A stretch of 64,000 nt of DNA from Actinomycetota bacterium (GCA_033851845.1 JAWWOH010000036.1:3945-67944); one strand, 5' to 3'; shown: positions 1 to 10,264, counted from the first letter of the stretch. A program made the numbers and translations. Notes: a model not told the origin generated them from the sequence alone.

Positions 1-2885
1 TTGAGGCGGAAGACCGGCGCCGCGGGGAGTCCGCGCCCGAGCAGCGAGAAGGTGCCGCCGTTCGTGCCGGGCGCCCAGTAGACGCCGAGGTCGTTGGCGA
101 CGACGAGCCCGCCGTTCCACGGGAACGCGTCGTCGGCGCCGATGTCGGGGAGGTTCCCGGAGATGTCCTTGAACGTCGCGCCGGCGTCGGTCGACTTGAA
201 CAGGTGACCCCTGCCGATCTTGGCGACGCTGTCACCCAGCGACCCCGGCGGGATCCACCGGCGCCCGTAGCCGCCGAGCGTCACGTAGACCGTGCGGGGG
301 TTTGCCGGGTCGATGCGGACCGAGTTGATGTAGCGCTCGGGCAGGCCCTTGGCCGCGGCGATGTGCCAGCCGTTCGAGGTCATCCGCTTCGGCGCCTTGG
401 CACCACCGACGTTCGTCGCGATGCCGCTCTGGAAGGGCACGCCCTGCGTCACGATGTCGCAGAAGCCGCAGTAGCCGACGTACGTCGCATCGCCGCGGGT
501 GTCGACCGCCGACTCCGAGTTGTTGACCTCCGTGCTGCTCGGGTCGGCCGTGCCGAAGGCACCGGGGATCCGGCCGGCGTTCTCGTCACCGGGGTGCTGC
601 GCGGTGCCGAGGTCGAACACCTTCTTCCACGTGTTGCTGATCGTGGGGTCGGGGTCGGGCTGGTTGATGTTGGGCTTCTCGCCGTTCGTCGGGCCCGTCG
701 TGTTCTGGCCGTAGATCGTCTCGGCGACCTCACGGCCCGCGATCACGAGGTGCTTGGCGTTCGTCGCGTCCATCACGAACGGCGTCGCGAACAGCGCGGA
801 CGTCAGGCCGGGGTTGATGTCGATCCAGCTCTTGCCGCCGGTCGTGGTCACGCGGATGTCGCCGGCGACGTACTCCTCGTACCAGACGGACTCCTTGTCC
901 GGGTCGATCGCGACGAAGAAGCCGTCGCCGCCATACGCCATGATCTGCTTGCCCTCGGGCGTGATGACGGCGGAGCCGTTGTCCTGCAGGCCCTCGACGA
1001 CGGTGCCGTCGCGCGACATGGCAGCGTCGTACGGCAGCAGGTCGTGGAAGCCGTTGTTGATGCCGTTGCCCCAGCTGTCGTTGTTGAGCGCCTGGCCCGG
1101 AGCGAGCTTCTGCTTGTAGGCACCGCCGTCGTTGCCGACGATCAGCGTGACACCGCCGGTCCGGCGGTCCGGCACCCACAGACCGGCGTGCTGGTCGGGG
1201 TGGGTCGTCGAGCTCTGCGGCTTCGTCGGGTCCGAGTTGAACGGGCAGTAGCCCTGCGTCGCGGGGACGGTGAGGCCACCGCACGCGGTGCCGGCGAAGT
1301 ACTTGCCGACGACCTTGTACTGCCCGGTGTTGGGTGCCGGCGGCAGCGCGCCGGGGCCGCTCCACACCTCTTCGAGGCCGAAGGCGATCCGGCCCGGGAC
1401 GCCGCTCTCGTCCTGCGTCGTCGGGTCGGGGCGGATCCACTCGTTGTACCAAGACTGGATGCCCGGCGCGTAGGTCGCGCCCTGCACGCCCTCGAGCGCG
1501 CTGCCGGTGCCGGGGGCGGCGAGGTTGGCGGCGTCGGCGAGCTTGGTCCAGGTCGTGCCGAAGTCGCTGGAGCCGTAGATCCCGTTGAGCACGGTGTTCT
1601 GGAGTACGGCGGAGCCCGGGGTCTTGCCGCCCGTCGCGTCCGGCAGGTCGAGGCTGGTCGCCCCTTTGTTGAACTTCTGCGCGTCCTGGACGACGGCGTA
1701 GACGTAATTGTGGTTCTGCCGCAGGCCGACGGCGACGCCGAGCGCGGTGCGGCCGACGTTGGCCTGCGGCGCGAAGCCGGCCGGGGCGGGGTTGAACGCG
1801 AAGGTCCCCGGGGCGCCGGTCTTCGAGTAGTAGAGGCCGTTGCGCGGCGCTTGCGGCTTGCCGACGGCGTTCGGCTTCTGGCCGGCCCGCCAGCCGACGG
1901 CGGCGAGCACGCCGCCCCCGTTCGCCCCGTTGCGGTCGGAGGGGCGTACGACGACGTCGGTCACCATGTTGGCGAAGAAGCAGAGCGGGTTGGTGGTGCT
2001 CGTGCAGCCGGTGGGAAGGACGACGTTGCGGAAGGTGCGACCCGCGTCCGCGGAGCGGTAGAGGCCCTTGCTGGTGGCGGCGTAGACGACCGACGGCTTC
2101 GCCGGGTCGTGGCTGAAGGAGAAGGACAGCGTCCCGGCCGGCACGCCCGACGACTTGTGCCAGCTGGTCCCGTTGTCGTTGCTCCAGAAGACGCCGAGGC
2201 CGGCGAACGACGAGCCGCCGAAGGCCGGGTCGCCCGTGCCCACGAGCACGGTCGGCGTGCCCTGGTGGGTGAGCAGGTAGTCGATCGCTCCGGTGATCTG
2301 CGTCGGCAGCTTGTCGGCCATCGAGCGCCAGCTGCTGCCACCGTCGTTGGTGACCCACACACCGCCGTTGGCGACAGCGGCGAAGAAGTGGTCGGACACC
2401 GCCGGGTCGTAGGCCAGGTCCTCGATGCGCCCGGACAGCTGGTGCAGGCCGAGCCCGTTGGTGCGCGTGTAGCCCGTCACGTCGGAGTTCAGCGGGCCCT
2501 TGCCGACCGGGATCCACGACGACGTCGACCAGGCAGCCGTCGTGCGCGACAGCGCCTGGTGCTGCGCGATGGCCGCCTCATAGGCCCCCGGCAGCGTCAG
2601 CGGGTGACCTCCGTTGCTCCGCGTCGCCAGGGCCGCGTGCATCGCCATGACCTCGGCCGGTGACTCCGGGCCGGGCGGGCGACACGAGCTGCCGGCGCCG
2701 GCGGCGAAGTCGACGAGGTCCGCGTCCGCGGAGCGCAGGGTCCCCGGCGGGCAGGAGGCGGCACTCGTTGCCGCGGTCGTCGATGTGGTCGCTGCCGTTC
2801 CGGTGGACAGCGCGCCGCCGGTCGACGCGGCCAGCAGCGCCGCCGCAGCGAGCGCGAGCGGCAGGGAAAGGGTGCGACGACGCAC
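1..2885 (-). CDS. Large secreted Asp-box/BNR (VPS10/sortilin-like) beta-propeller protein, putative glycosyl hydrolase; 3' end runs off the window
   Basis: Absent from the ORF track because it has no stop in the window. Manual translation from GTG at 2885 (GGAGG RBS upstream) gives signal peptide MRRRTLSLPLALAAAALLAAS, Asp-boxes (TNDGGSSW, SNDNGTSW, SADAGRTF, SSDFGTTW, STDAGATF) and motifs HPDQH, VGNDGG, GLQDNG, DISGNLP. Confidence 0.85.
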   Translation of the reverse strand, partial: MRRRTLSLPLALAAAALLAASTGGALSTGTAATTSTTAATSAASCPPGTLRSADADLVDFAAGAGSSCRPPGPESPAEVMAMHAALATRSNGGHPLTLPGAYEAAIAQHQALSRTTAAWSTSSWIPVGKGPLNSDVTGYTRTNGLGLHQLSGRIEDLAYDPAVSDHFFAAVANGGVWVTNDGGSSWRSMADKLPTQITGAIDYLLTHQGTPTVLVGTGDPAFGGSSFAGLGVFWSNDNGTSWHKSSGVPAGTLSFSFSHDPAKPSVVYAATSKGLYRSADAGRTFRNVVLPTGCTSTTNPLCFFANMVTDVVVRPSDRNGANGGGVLAAVGWRAGQKPNAVGKPQAPRNGLYYSKTGAPGTFAFNPAPAGFAPQANVGRTALGVAVGLRQNHNYVYAVVQDAQKFNKGATSLDLPDATGGKTPGSAVLQNTVLNGIYGSSDFGTTWTKLADAANLAAPGTGSALEGVQGATYAPGIQSWYNEWIRPDPTTQDESGVPGRIAFGLEEVWSGPGALPPAPNTGQYKVVGKYFAGTACGGLTVPATQGYCPFNSDPTKPQSSTTHPDQHAGLWVPDRRTGGVTLIVGNDGGAYKQKLAPGQALNNDSWGNGINNGFHDLLPYDAAMSRDGTVVEGLQDNGSAVITPEGKQIMAYGGDGFFVAIDPDKESVWYEEYVAGDIRVTTTGGKSWIDINPGLTSALFATPFVMDATNAKHLVIAGREVAETIYGQNTTGPTNGEKPNINQPDPDPTISNTWKKVFDLGTAQHPGDENAGRIPGAFGTADPSSTEVNNSESAVDTRGDATYVGYCGFCDIVTQGVPFQSGIATNVGGAKAPKRMTSNGWHIAAAKGLPERYINSVRIDPANPRTVYVTLGGYGRRWIPPGSLGDSVAKIGRGHLFKSTDAGATFKDISGNLPDIGADDAFPWNGGLVVANDLGVYWAPGTNGGTFSLLGRGLPAAPVFRL

Positions 2886-3021
2886 GGGTCCTCCGGGGTC
2901 AGCGGGGCGGCACGGTGATGCGCCCGACGTGGCCATCTTGACCTGCGCGAGCCGCGATGTCGGGATAACGATGCAGCCGGGTCGAATCGTCCCGACTTGT
3001 GACATGATTGCGACGCCCCGG

Positions 3022-3037
3022 TGTGCCATGCGTCACA
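3022..3037. promoter_or_regulatory. CRP/GlxR-like site TGTGC-N6-TCACA
   Basis: 9/10 match to TGTGA-N6-TCACA in the divergent intergenic region, just upstream of the putative -35 at 3057. Confidence 0.4.
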
Positions 3038-3056
3038 CTGTCACCCGGGTGGATCG

Positions 3057-3082
3057 GCAGGTCCGCTCCCGAATCCGGCGAA
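3057..3082 (+). promoter_or_regulatory. Putative alternative-sigma promoter GCAGG-N16-GCGAA upstream of the ftsH-like operon
   Basis: Same bipartite motif and 16-nt spacer recur at 41610-41635, 46523-46548 and 50182-50207. Confidence 0.55.
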
Positions 3083-3184
3083 CCTTTCGACCCAGCACCC
3101 ACTCTCAGAGCTCAGGCCCCCGGCACACCGGTGTTGGTCGATCCCAGCACGACGAGGCCGGTCATCCCGGCGAGGAGGAAACCC

Positions 3185-5329
3185 GTGGCACAGGCTGGCG
3201 GCCAGCGGACCGGCACGGGGTCCGGCGAACCCACCGGGTTCGTCGACAAGGTCCGGGCCCGCATCCACGCGGCGCGACGCAAGCGGGCGGCGACGAAGGG
3301 CCCCGGCGGCAAGGGCCTGCTCTTCACGCTGATCGCGACGCTCGTCGTCCTGGTGGTGTTCTTCCTGACCTCGCTGGCGATCCTGTTCGGCAACCCTGAG
3401 GGCAAGAAGATCTCGGTCTCCCAGCTGGCGGCGCTCGCCTCGGCCGGCCGCGTCGACACGGCGACGTTCCTCGACGAGGACAGCCAGGTCGTCGCGAAGA
3501 TCCGCAGCATCTCCGACGCCACGGCGAAGGCTGCGGCGGACAAGACCGCGCCGGTCGCGGCGACCAACCCGCACGTCGACGGCGTTTCCGACGACGCGGT
3601 GACCGTGCGGTCGGCGTACCCCAACAACGGCTCGACGACCAACTCGACCATCCAGCTGCTGCAGACCTCCGGCGCCAAGGTGAGCGTCGACCCGCAGGCC
3701 GGTCAGGCGCGGCTGCGGATCTTCACCGAGTTCCTGCTGCCGGTTCTGATCCTGGCCAACCTGTTCGGCCTGCTCTTCGTCGGCAAGGGCAGCGGCGGCG
3801 GTGCCATCGGCGAGGTCACCAACTTCGGCCGCGTCGACGACGGCAGCCGCACGGACGGCAACAACGTCACGTTCGCCGACGTCGGCGGCGCCGACGAGGC
3901 GGTCACGGAGCTGGCGGAGGTCCGCGACTACCTGCGCAACCCGGAGAAGTACAGGGCGCTCGGCGCCGCTCCGCCCAAGGGCGTGCTGCTGTTCGGCCCT
4001 CCTGGCACAGGCAAGACGCTGCTCGCCCGCGCCGTCGCCGGCGAGGCCGGCGTGCCCTTCTTCTCGGTCGCCGGTGCGGAGTTCGTCGAGTCGCTCGTGG
4101 GTGTCGGCGCGGCCCGCATCCGCGACCTGTTCCGCCGGGTCCGCGCCGTCGCACCCGCCATCGTCTTCATCGACGAGCTGGACGCCGCCGGCCGCAAGCG
4201 CGGCAGCGGCGGAGGCGGCGGCGGCTCGGACGAGCGCGAGCAGACCCTCAACCAGCTGCTCGTCGAGATGGACGGCTTCGAGACGACCAGCGGCATCGTC
4301 GTCATCGCCGCGACCAACCGCCCCGACATCCTCGACCCCGCCCTGATGCGCCCCGGCCGCTTCGACCGGCACATCACCGTCGAGCGGCCCGACGCGGAGG
4401 GACGCGAGCGCATCCTCAAGATCCATGCGGCGCGCAAGCCGATGAGCTCCGACGTCGACCTCAACCGCATCGCCGCGCGCACGCCCGGCTTCACCGGTGC
4501 CGACCTCGCCAGCGTCGTCAACGAGTCTGCGCTGCTGACCATCCGCCGCAAGGGCAACACGATCACCATGAAGGAGTTCGAGGAGGCGGTGATCCGCGTC
4601 CTCGAGGGTCCGCAGCGCCGCGGTCAGGTGCTCACCGAGGAGGAGCGCCGTCGCGCGGCGTACCACGAGATCGGGCACGTCGTCGTCGCCGCGACTCTCG
4701 GTCGGCACGAGGACGTGCACCGGGTGACCGTGCTCGGCCGCGGCCGCACGCTCGCCGCTGCGACCTTCGCCGACAAGGAGGCGACGCTGCTCACCCGCAG
4801 CGCGCTGCACACCCAGCTGGTCGCGACCCTGGGTGGCATCGCCGCCGAGGAGCTTGTCTTCGGCGAGGGCTCGACGGGCGGCGAGCAGGACCTCGAGCAC
4901 GCCACCGACCTGGCCCGGGACATGGTGACCAAGTACGGCATGTCCGACGAGGTCGGTCCGGTCCGCCTGCAGGTCAAGGCCGGCGAGGGCTTCCTCGGTG
5001 ACGACTCGTCGCTCGTCGACCTCTCCCCCGAGACGCAGCGCGACGTCGAGGACGCGGTGCGCGGGATGATCACGGCCGCGCAGCGTCAGGCCACGAAGAT
5101 CCTGCAGTCGCACCGGCGCGAGCTCGACACGCTCGCCGTCCGGCTGGACGAGGAGGAGACCCTCGAGGACGACGTCCTGCAGGAGGCCCTCGCGCCGCTG
5201 CTGACCGCGATCGAGTCCAAGAGCAACGTTAGCCCGCAGACGACGACCCGCCGACCGAAGGCGGCGAAGGCCGCTGCCGCTGCCGGCGTCAACGGAACGA
5301 CGCGCGCCCGGGCGGCGGCGAAGTCCTGA
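3185..5329 (+). CDS. ftsH: ATP-dependent zinc metalloprotease FtsH (divergent paralog)
   Basis: Two N-terminal TM helices, Walker A GPPGTGKT, Walker [36 protein letters not shown] zinc motif; GTG at 3185 follows AGGAGG (ORF track start 3008). Confidence 0.92.
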   Translation: MAQAGGQRTGTGSGEPTGFVDKVRARIHAARRKRAATKGPGGKGLLFTLIATLVVLVVFFLTSLAILFGNPEGKKISVSQLAALASAGRVDTATFLDEDSQVVAKIRSISDATAKAAADKTAPVAATNPHVDGVSDDAVTVRSAYPNNGSTTNSTIQLLQTSGAKVSVDPQAGQARLRIFTEFLLPVLILANLFGLLFVGKGSGGGAIGEVTNFGRVDDGSRTDGNNVTFADVGGADEAVTELAEVRDYLRNPEKYRALGAAPPKGVLLFGPPGTGKTLLARAVAGEAGVPFFSVAGAEFVESLVGVGAARIRDLFRRVRAVAPAIVFIDELDAAGRKRGSGGGGGGSDEREQTLNQLLVEMDGFETTSGIVVIAATNRPDILDPALMRPGRFDRHITVERPDAEGRERILKIHAARKPMSSDVDLNRIAARTPGFTGADLASVVNESALLTIRRKGNTITMKEFEEAVIRVLEGPQRRGQVLTEEERRRAAYHEIGHVVVAATLGRHEDVHRVTVLGRGRTLAAATFADKEATLLTRSALHTQLVATLGGIAAEELVFGEGSTGGEQDLEHATDLARDMVTKYGMSDEVGPVRLQVKAGEGFLGDDSSLVDLSPETQRDVEDAVRGMITAAQRQATKILQSHRRELDTLAVRLDEEETLEDDVLQEALAPLLTAIESKSNVSPQTTTRRPKAAKAAAAAGVNGTTRARAAAKS

Positions 5330-5331
5330 GG

Positions 5332-8016
5332 ATGTCGACCCTGCGTTGGCGCGCGATGCTCGCCGGCGCCACCCTGCTGGTAGCGGTGGTGCCCGCGGTG
5401 TCGTTTGCCGTGTCCCCGCCACTGACCTGCCGCACGGCGAGCGGCGTGCTGTGGCAGAAGATCGCCGTCGAGGCGTTCCGCCAGGTTCCTGGCGTGACGA
5501 CGACGGACAAGATCACGTCGTACGCCGTCGATGCGCAGCATCCCGGCACGGTGGTGGTCACGAACGGCACGACGATCAAGCGCAGCACGCACGCCGGCTG
5601 CGACTGGTCCGACGCGTTCTCGCTCGGGCTGCAGCCGTCCGCGGACGTGCCGCTGTCCGGTCAGACCGCGAAAATCACCGCGATGACCGTCATCAACGGT
5701 CGCGTGCTGGCGGCGGTGCGCGAAGGCACCGGACCGGCGAGCCGGCCGCACGTCGTCGGCAGCGACAGCGGACGGCCGGGCACCTACGCCGCCTCCGACA
5801 GCGGCTTGCCGCCGCAGGGTGCACCGAAGCTGCTTCGCTCGGCGTACGACGGCCGCACGGTCTACCTCGCGCTGTCACCTGTCTCCAACGACGAGGGACC
5901 CGTCGGGACGGGCGGCATCCCGAGCCTTCCGCCGGTGGACAACCCCACGACCGGCGGTGAGAACGGCCTGCTCTACGCGTCGACGGACGGTGGGCACAGC
6001 TGGTCGCTGCGGACCTCCGCCACCGACCTGCCCGCCGGTGCCGGCGTCGACCAGCTCTCGGTCGACCACGGCAACGCGAACCTGCTCTACGCGACCTCGA
6101 ACGGACTGCTGTACGTCTCTCACGACGGTGGCTCGTCATTCACCCGCGCACGGGTCAACAACGAGGACGTCACCGCGGTCGAGGCCATGGCGCCGGGCCA
6201 GGTCATCGTGTTCACCCGAAGCGGCGTCGTGCTGACCAGCACGGACGGGGGGAACCGGTTCAACGGGACCCGCAGCATCGCGGGTGTGACGTCCGCGGCG
6301 TACCGCGCCGGCGACAGCCACGTCGCCGTTGAAGCCAACGGAAGCCTGTCGGTCATCGACCCGCGGACGGGTTTCGCCTCCGTGTCCGGCGGGCCCTCTG
6401 CGACCCGCGGCAGCCTGTCCGGCGACGTCGCGCCCCAGTCGACGTTCCACGGGCTCTCCGGCCATGCGCTGCTCCGGTTCGCCGACCCGCCGCCGCCCCA
6501 TCAGACGGAGACACCGGTCAGCGTCGACGACCTCGGCGTGCCGCCGCCGCCGCCGGGACGCATCACGCCCGGCGCGCGCACCGTCCAGCTCAAGGTCGGG
6601 ACGTCAGGCGTCTACGACTACACGCTGGCGATGCCGAAGAGCCCGACCCCGCTCGACCTGTTCTTCCTCATCGACACGTCCGGCTCGATGTCGGGCTACA
6701 TCGACAACCTCAAGGCCAACATCAGCAAGGTCACCCATGCGGTGCAGGGCGCCGGCATCAACCTCGAGGTCGGTGTCGGGACCCTCGGCACGGGCGCGCG
6801 CCCCGGCGAGGTCGTGCCGCCGTACGTCAATCCCAAGGATCCCAGCGACCGCGGCTCGAAGCTCTACGCGCTCTTCCGGCGCATCGGCCCCGTCGACTCT
6901 GACTTCGCCCGCGCGCTGGCCAGCGTGCAGGTGAAGAACCAGGGCGGCAACAACCCCGCCGAGGGTCAGCTGGCCGCGTTGCAGCAGGCCACCTGGGGAC
7001 CGGGCATCAAGGACCCGAACACCCCGCTGTGGCTGGTCGACCCTGGTCAGGACGCCGGCTGGCGGGCCGCCCCCGGCGTACGACGGATCATCGTGCACGC
7101 AACCGACGAAGCGTTCGACAAGCCGGCCGGATCACCGGTGAAGCCCAACGGCGACCTCGACTACGACACCGTCATCCGCCAGATGAACGCCTACCGCGTC
7201 CAGCAGATCGGCATCACGACCGGCGCCATCGAGTCACGCGACGACCTGGCCCGGATCGCCCGAGCGACCCACACGCTCGCGCCGCTCGGCGGCTCCGACT
7301 GCGGTGAGGGCGAGATCCTGCCGGCCGGGTCACCGCTCGTCTGCGACACCGAGGGAGACTTCAGCGCAATCATCGGGCGCCTGGTCAAGAGCCTGCAGGA
7401 CCACGCCGACGTCAGCCTCTCGGCGCGCGGCAGCTTCGGCCGAGTCATCCGCGGCCTGGACGCCAGTCACCTGCAGGGCGTCGACGTGACCAGGCCGAAC
7501 GCGCTGCCGTTCAAGGTCGCCGTCACGTGTGTGGGCCTGTCGCCGGGGACCTATCACGAGGACCTGACGGCCAGCCTGCGCGGCGTGCGAATCGCGACGA
7601 GCAAGCTCACCGTCTCCTGCCTCGGCCCTGTCGCGGCCGCCCGGCTGATCCCGCCGGTCACCCCGGCGGTCGCGCCGGCGCCGCCACCCCCCGCGCCGGT
7701 CGCGGTCGTCCCTGTCCCGCCGGCGGCACAGCCGCAAGCCGCTCCGCAGACGCAGCCGCAGGCCCAGGTCAACCCCGTGACGGCCGCGGCCTTGCAGCGC
7801 CAGCAGCAGCTGCAGCTGGCGCTCGCCCTGCAGGCCGGCCTGGAGATCCCGGACGACGACGACGAGGTCCAGCTCGCGATGGTCGGCCACCGACGCCAGG
7901 ACGAGTCCGCCGCACTGACGCTCCTCGCGACGGCGATCCTCGCCTCGTCGGCGTTCGGCCTGGCCCGGCTGCGGTCCCGGCCGGAGCCCAGCGTGGTCCG
8001 CAACCGGGTGCGCTGA
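5332..8016 (+). CDS. Secreted, C-terminally anchored protein: Asp-box beta-propeller + vWA (integrin-beta I-like) domain + Pro/Gln-rich stalk + TM helix
   Basis: Signal peptide; Asp-boxes STDGGHSW, SHDGGSSF, STDGGNRF; MIDAS DTSGS; C-terminal hydrophobic helix followed by Arg-rich tail; starts 2 nt after the ftsH stop. Confidence 0.85.
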   Translation: MSTLRWRAMLAGATLLVAVVPAVSFAVSPPLTCRTASGVLWQKIAVEAFRQVPGVTTTDKITSYAVDAQHPGTVVVTNGTTIKRSTHAGCDWSDAFSLGLQPSADVPLSGQTAKITAMTVINGRVLAAVREGTGPASRPHVVGSDSGRPGTYAASDSGLPPQGAPKLLRSAYDGRTVYLALSPVSNDEGPVGTGGIPSLPPVDNPTTGGENGLLYASTDGGHSWSLRTSATDLPAGAGVDQLSVDHGNANLLYATSNGLLYVSHDGGSSFTRARVNNEDVTAVEAMAPGQVIVFTRSGVVLTSTDGGNRFNGTRSIAGVTSAAYRAGDSHVAVEANGSLSVIDPRTGFASVSGGPSATRGSLSGDVAPQSTFHGLSGHALLRFADPPPPHQTETPVSVDDLGVPPPPPGRITPGARTVQLKVGTSGVYDYTLAMPKSPTPLDLFFLIDTSGSMSGYIDNLKANISKVTHAVQGAGINLEVGVGTLGTGARPGEVVPPYVNPKDPSDRGSKLYALFRRIGPVDSDFARALASVQVKNQGGNNPAEGQLAALQQATWGPGIKDPNTPLWLVDPGQDAGWRAAPGVRRIIVHATDEAFDKPAGSPVKPNGDLDYDTVIRQMNAYRVQQIGITTGAIESRDDLARIARATHTLAPLGGSDCGEGEILPAGSPLVCDTEGDFSAIIGRLVKSLQDHADVSLSARGSFGRVIRGLDASHLQGVDVTRPNALPFKVAVTCVGLSPGTYHEDLTASLRGVRIATSKLTVSCLGPVAAARLIPPVTPAVAPAPPPPAPVAVVPVPPAAQPQAAPQTQPQAQVNPVTAAALQRQQQLQLALALQAGLEIPDDDDEVQLAMVGHRRQDESAALTLLATAILASSAFGLARLRSRPEPSVVRNRVR

Positions 8017-8116
8017 GCCCGGACGTGACCGGCGGCACCCGCCCCGCCGCGACGGCATCGGGCTGAGCGAGGGTAGTAAGGACGGAAGCCGTCCCTTCGC
8101 CAGCCTGGAGCAGTCC

Positions 8117-10261
8117 GTGACCGAGCCCGAGCCGAGCAGTTCCGTGGTCAGCAGCGTCTGGCCGGGCTCGGCGTACCCGCTCGGGGCGACGTACGACGGC
8201 AGCGGGACGAACTTCGGGCTGTTCTCGGAGGTGGCGGAGCGGGTCGAGCTGTGCCTGTTCGACGAGGCGGGCAACGAGACCCGGGTGGACCTGACGGAGC
8301 GCGACGCGTTCGTCTGGCACGGGTACCTGCCGAACATCGGGCCGGGGCAGCGCTACGGGTTCCGGGTGCACGGCCCGTACGACCCGGAGCAGGGCCATCG
8401 CTGCAACCCGACCAAGCTGCTGCTCGATCCCTACGCGAAGGCGGTCGACGGGCAGATCGACTGGGGCCAGGCCTGCTTCTCCTACACCTGGGGCGACGAG
8501 GACTCCTTCAACGACGAGGACTCCGCACCGCACATGAGCAAGTCGGTCGTCATCAGCCCGTTCTTCGACTGGGACAACGACCGGCACCCGCGTACGCCGT
8601 ACAGCGACACGGTCATCTACGAAGCGCACGTCAAGGGCCTGACGAAAACGCATCCCGCGATACCGGAGGAGATGCGCGGGACGTACGCCGCCGTCGCCCA
8701 CCCGGTGATGATCGAGCACTACAAGAAGCACGGCATCACCGCGATCGAGCTGATGCCGGTCCACCAGTTCGTCCACGACAGCCACCTGGTGGAGCGCGGA
8801 CAGCGCAACTACTGGGGTTACAACACGATCGGCTTCTTCGCGCCCCACAACGAGTACGCCGCCGCACGCTCTCCGGGACAGCAGGTCCAGGAGTTCAAGG
8901 CGATGGTCAAGGCGCTTCACGCCGAAGGTCTCGAGGTGATCCTCGACGTCGTCTACAACCACACCGCCGAGGGCAACCAGCTCGGTCCGACGCTGTCGTT
9001 CCGAGGCATCGACAACGCCAACTACTACCGGCTCGTCGACGAGGATCGCAAGCACTACTACGACACGACCGGCACCGGGAACACGCTGCTGATGCGCAGC
9101 CCCAACGTGCTTCAGATGATCATGGACTCGCTGCGGTACTGGGTGCTCGACATGCACGTCGACGGCTTCCGCTTCGACCTCGCGTCGTCACTGGCCCGCC
9201 AGTTCCACGAGGTCGACCGCCTCTCGGCGTTCTTCGACCTCGTACACCAGGACCCCGTGGTCAGCCAGACCAAGCTCATCGCGGAGCCGTGGGACATCGG
9301 GTACGACGGCTACAACGTCGGCGGCTTCCCGCCCCTCTGGACGGAGTGGAACGGCAAGTACCGCGACACGGTGCGGGACTTCTGGCGCGGCGAGCCGGCG
9401 ACCCTCGCGGAGTTCGCCTCGCGCCTCACTGGCTCGGCCGACCTGTACGAGGACGACGGGCGCCGACCGTTCGCTTCGATCAACTTCGTCACCGCTCACG
9501 ACGGGTTCACGATGCACGACCTCGTGTCCTACAACGAGAAGCACAACGAGGCCAACGGCGAGGGCGGGCAGGACGGCGAGAGCAACAACCGCTCGTGGAA
9601 CTGCGGGGTGGAGGGCGAGACGGACGACCTCGAGATCGTCGCGCTGCGCGAGCAGCAGAAGCGCAACTTCCTCGCGACGCTGTTCCTCTCGCAGGGGGTC
9701 CCGATGCTGGTGCACGGCGACGAGGTCGGCCGCACCCAGCACGGGAACAACAACGTCTACGCGCAGGACAACGACCTCGCGTGGGTCGACTGGGAACGCG
9801 CCAAGGACTTCGAGGTCCTCTCCGACTTCGTCAGCCGGCTGGCCAAGCTGCGTCAGGAGCATCCCGTGTTCCGCCGCCGCCGGCACTTCCAGGGGCACGT
9901 CGTGAAGGGCTCGGAGATCCACGACATCGGCTGGTTCACGCCGGACGGCGGATGGATGAACGAGGACGACTGGGAGTCGGGGTTCGCCAAGTCCGTCGCT
10001 GTCTTCCTGAACGGCGAGGGCATCCGGGAGCCGGACCTGCGCGGGGAGCGCATCGTGGACACGTCGTTCTTCCTGCTGTTCAACGGAAGCGATGGCCAGA
10101 TCGAGTTCACGCTGCCCGACATCGGTGCCGGCGAGCGCTGGGACGTGGCGCTCGACACCGCCGCGCCGATGCTCGTCGACGCGGAGAGCCGCTCGGTCAA
10201 GACCGGCGAGCCCGTCGAGGTGGATGCCAGATCAGTGCTCGTCGTGCAGAAGGTCTTCTGA
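8117..10261 (+). CDS. glgX: Glycogen debranching enzyme GlgX/TreX (GH13 isoamylase)
   Basis: WPGSAYPLGATYDG, NYWGYNT, DVVYNHTAEG, DGFRFDLA, IAEPWD, FVTAHDGFT. Confidence 0.96.
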   Translation: MTEPEPSSSVVSSVWPGSAYPLGATYDGSGTNFGLFSEVAERVELCLFDEAGNETRVDLTERDAFVWHGYLPNIGPGQRYGFRVHGPYDPEQGHRCNPTKLLLDPYAKAVDGQIDWGQACFSYTWGDEDSFNDEDSAPHMSKSVVISPFFDWDNDRHPRTPYSDTVIYEAHVKGLTKTHPAIPEEMRGTYAAVAHPVMIEHYKKHGITAIELMPVHQFVHDSHLVERGQRNYWGYNTIGFFAPHNEYAAARSPGQQVQEFKAMVKALHAEGLEVILDVVYNHTAEGNQLGPTLSFRGIDNANYYRLVDEDRKHYYDTTGTGNTLLMRSPNVLQMIMDSLRYWVLDMHVDGFRFDLASSLARQFHEVDRLSAFFDLVHQDPVVSQTKLIAEPWDIGYDGYNVGGFPPLWTEWNGKYRDTVRDFWRGEPATLAEFASRLTGSADLYEDDGRRPFASINFVTAHDGFTMHDLVSYNEKHNEANGEGGQDGESNNRSWNCGVEGETDDLEIVALREQQKRNFLATLFLSQGVPMLVHGDEVGRTQHGNNNVYAQDNDLAWVDWERAKDFEVLSDFVSRLAKLRQEHPVFRRRRHFQGHVVKGSEIHDIGWFTPDGGWMNEDDWESGFAKSVAVFLNGEGIREPDLRGERIVDTSFFLLFNGSDGQIEFTLPDIGAGERWDVALDTAAPMLVDAESRSVKTGEPVEVDARSVLVVQKVF

Positions 10262-10264
10262 CCT

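Noticed and set aside
204-2663. 819-aa plus-strand ORF and 595-aa minus-strand ORF (730-2517)
   Set aside because: Shadow frames of the real minus-strand Asp-box gene (<1-2885); Arg/Ala-rich with no motifs
10200-10261. Possible c-di-GMP-binding motif at the GlgX C-terminus
   Set aside because: Reads VDARS rather than the EGR-type motif I recall for the c-di-GMP-activated enzyme, so direct binding cannot be claimed
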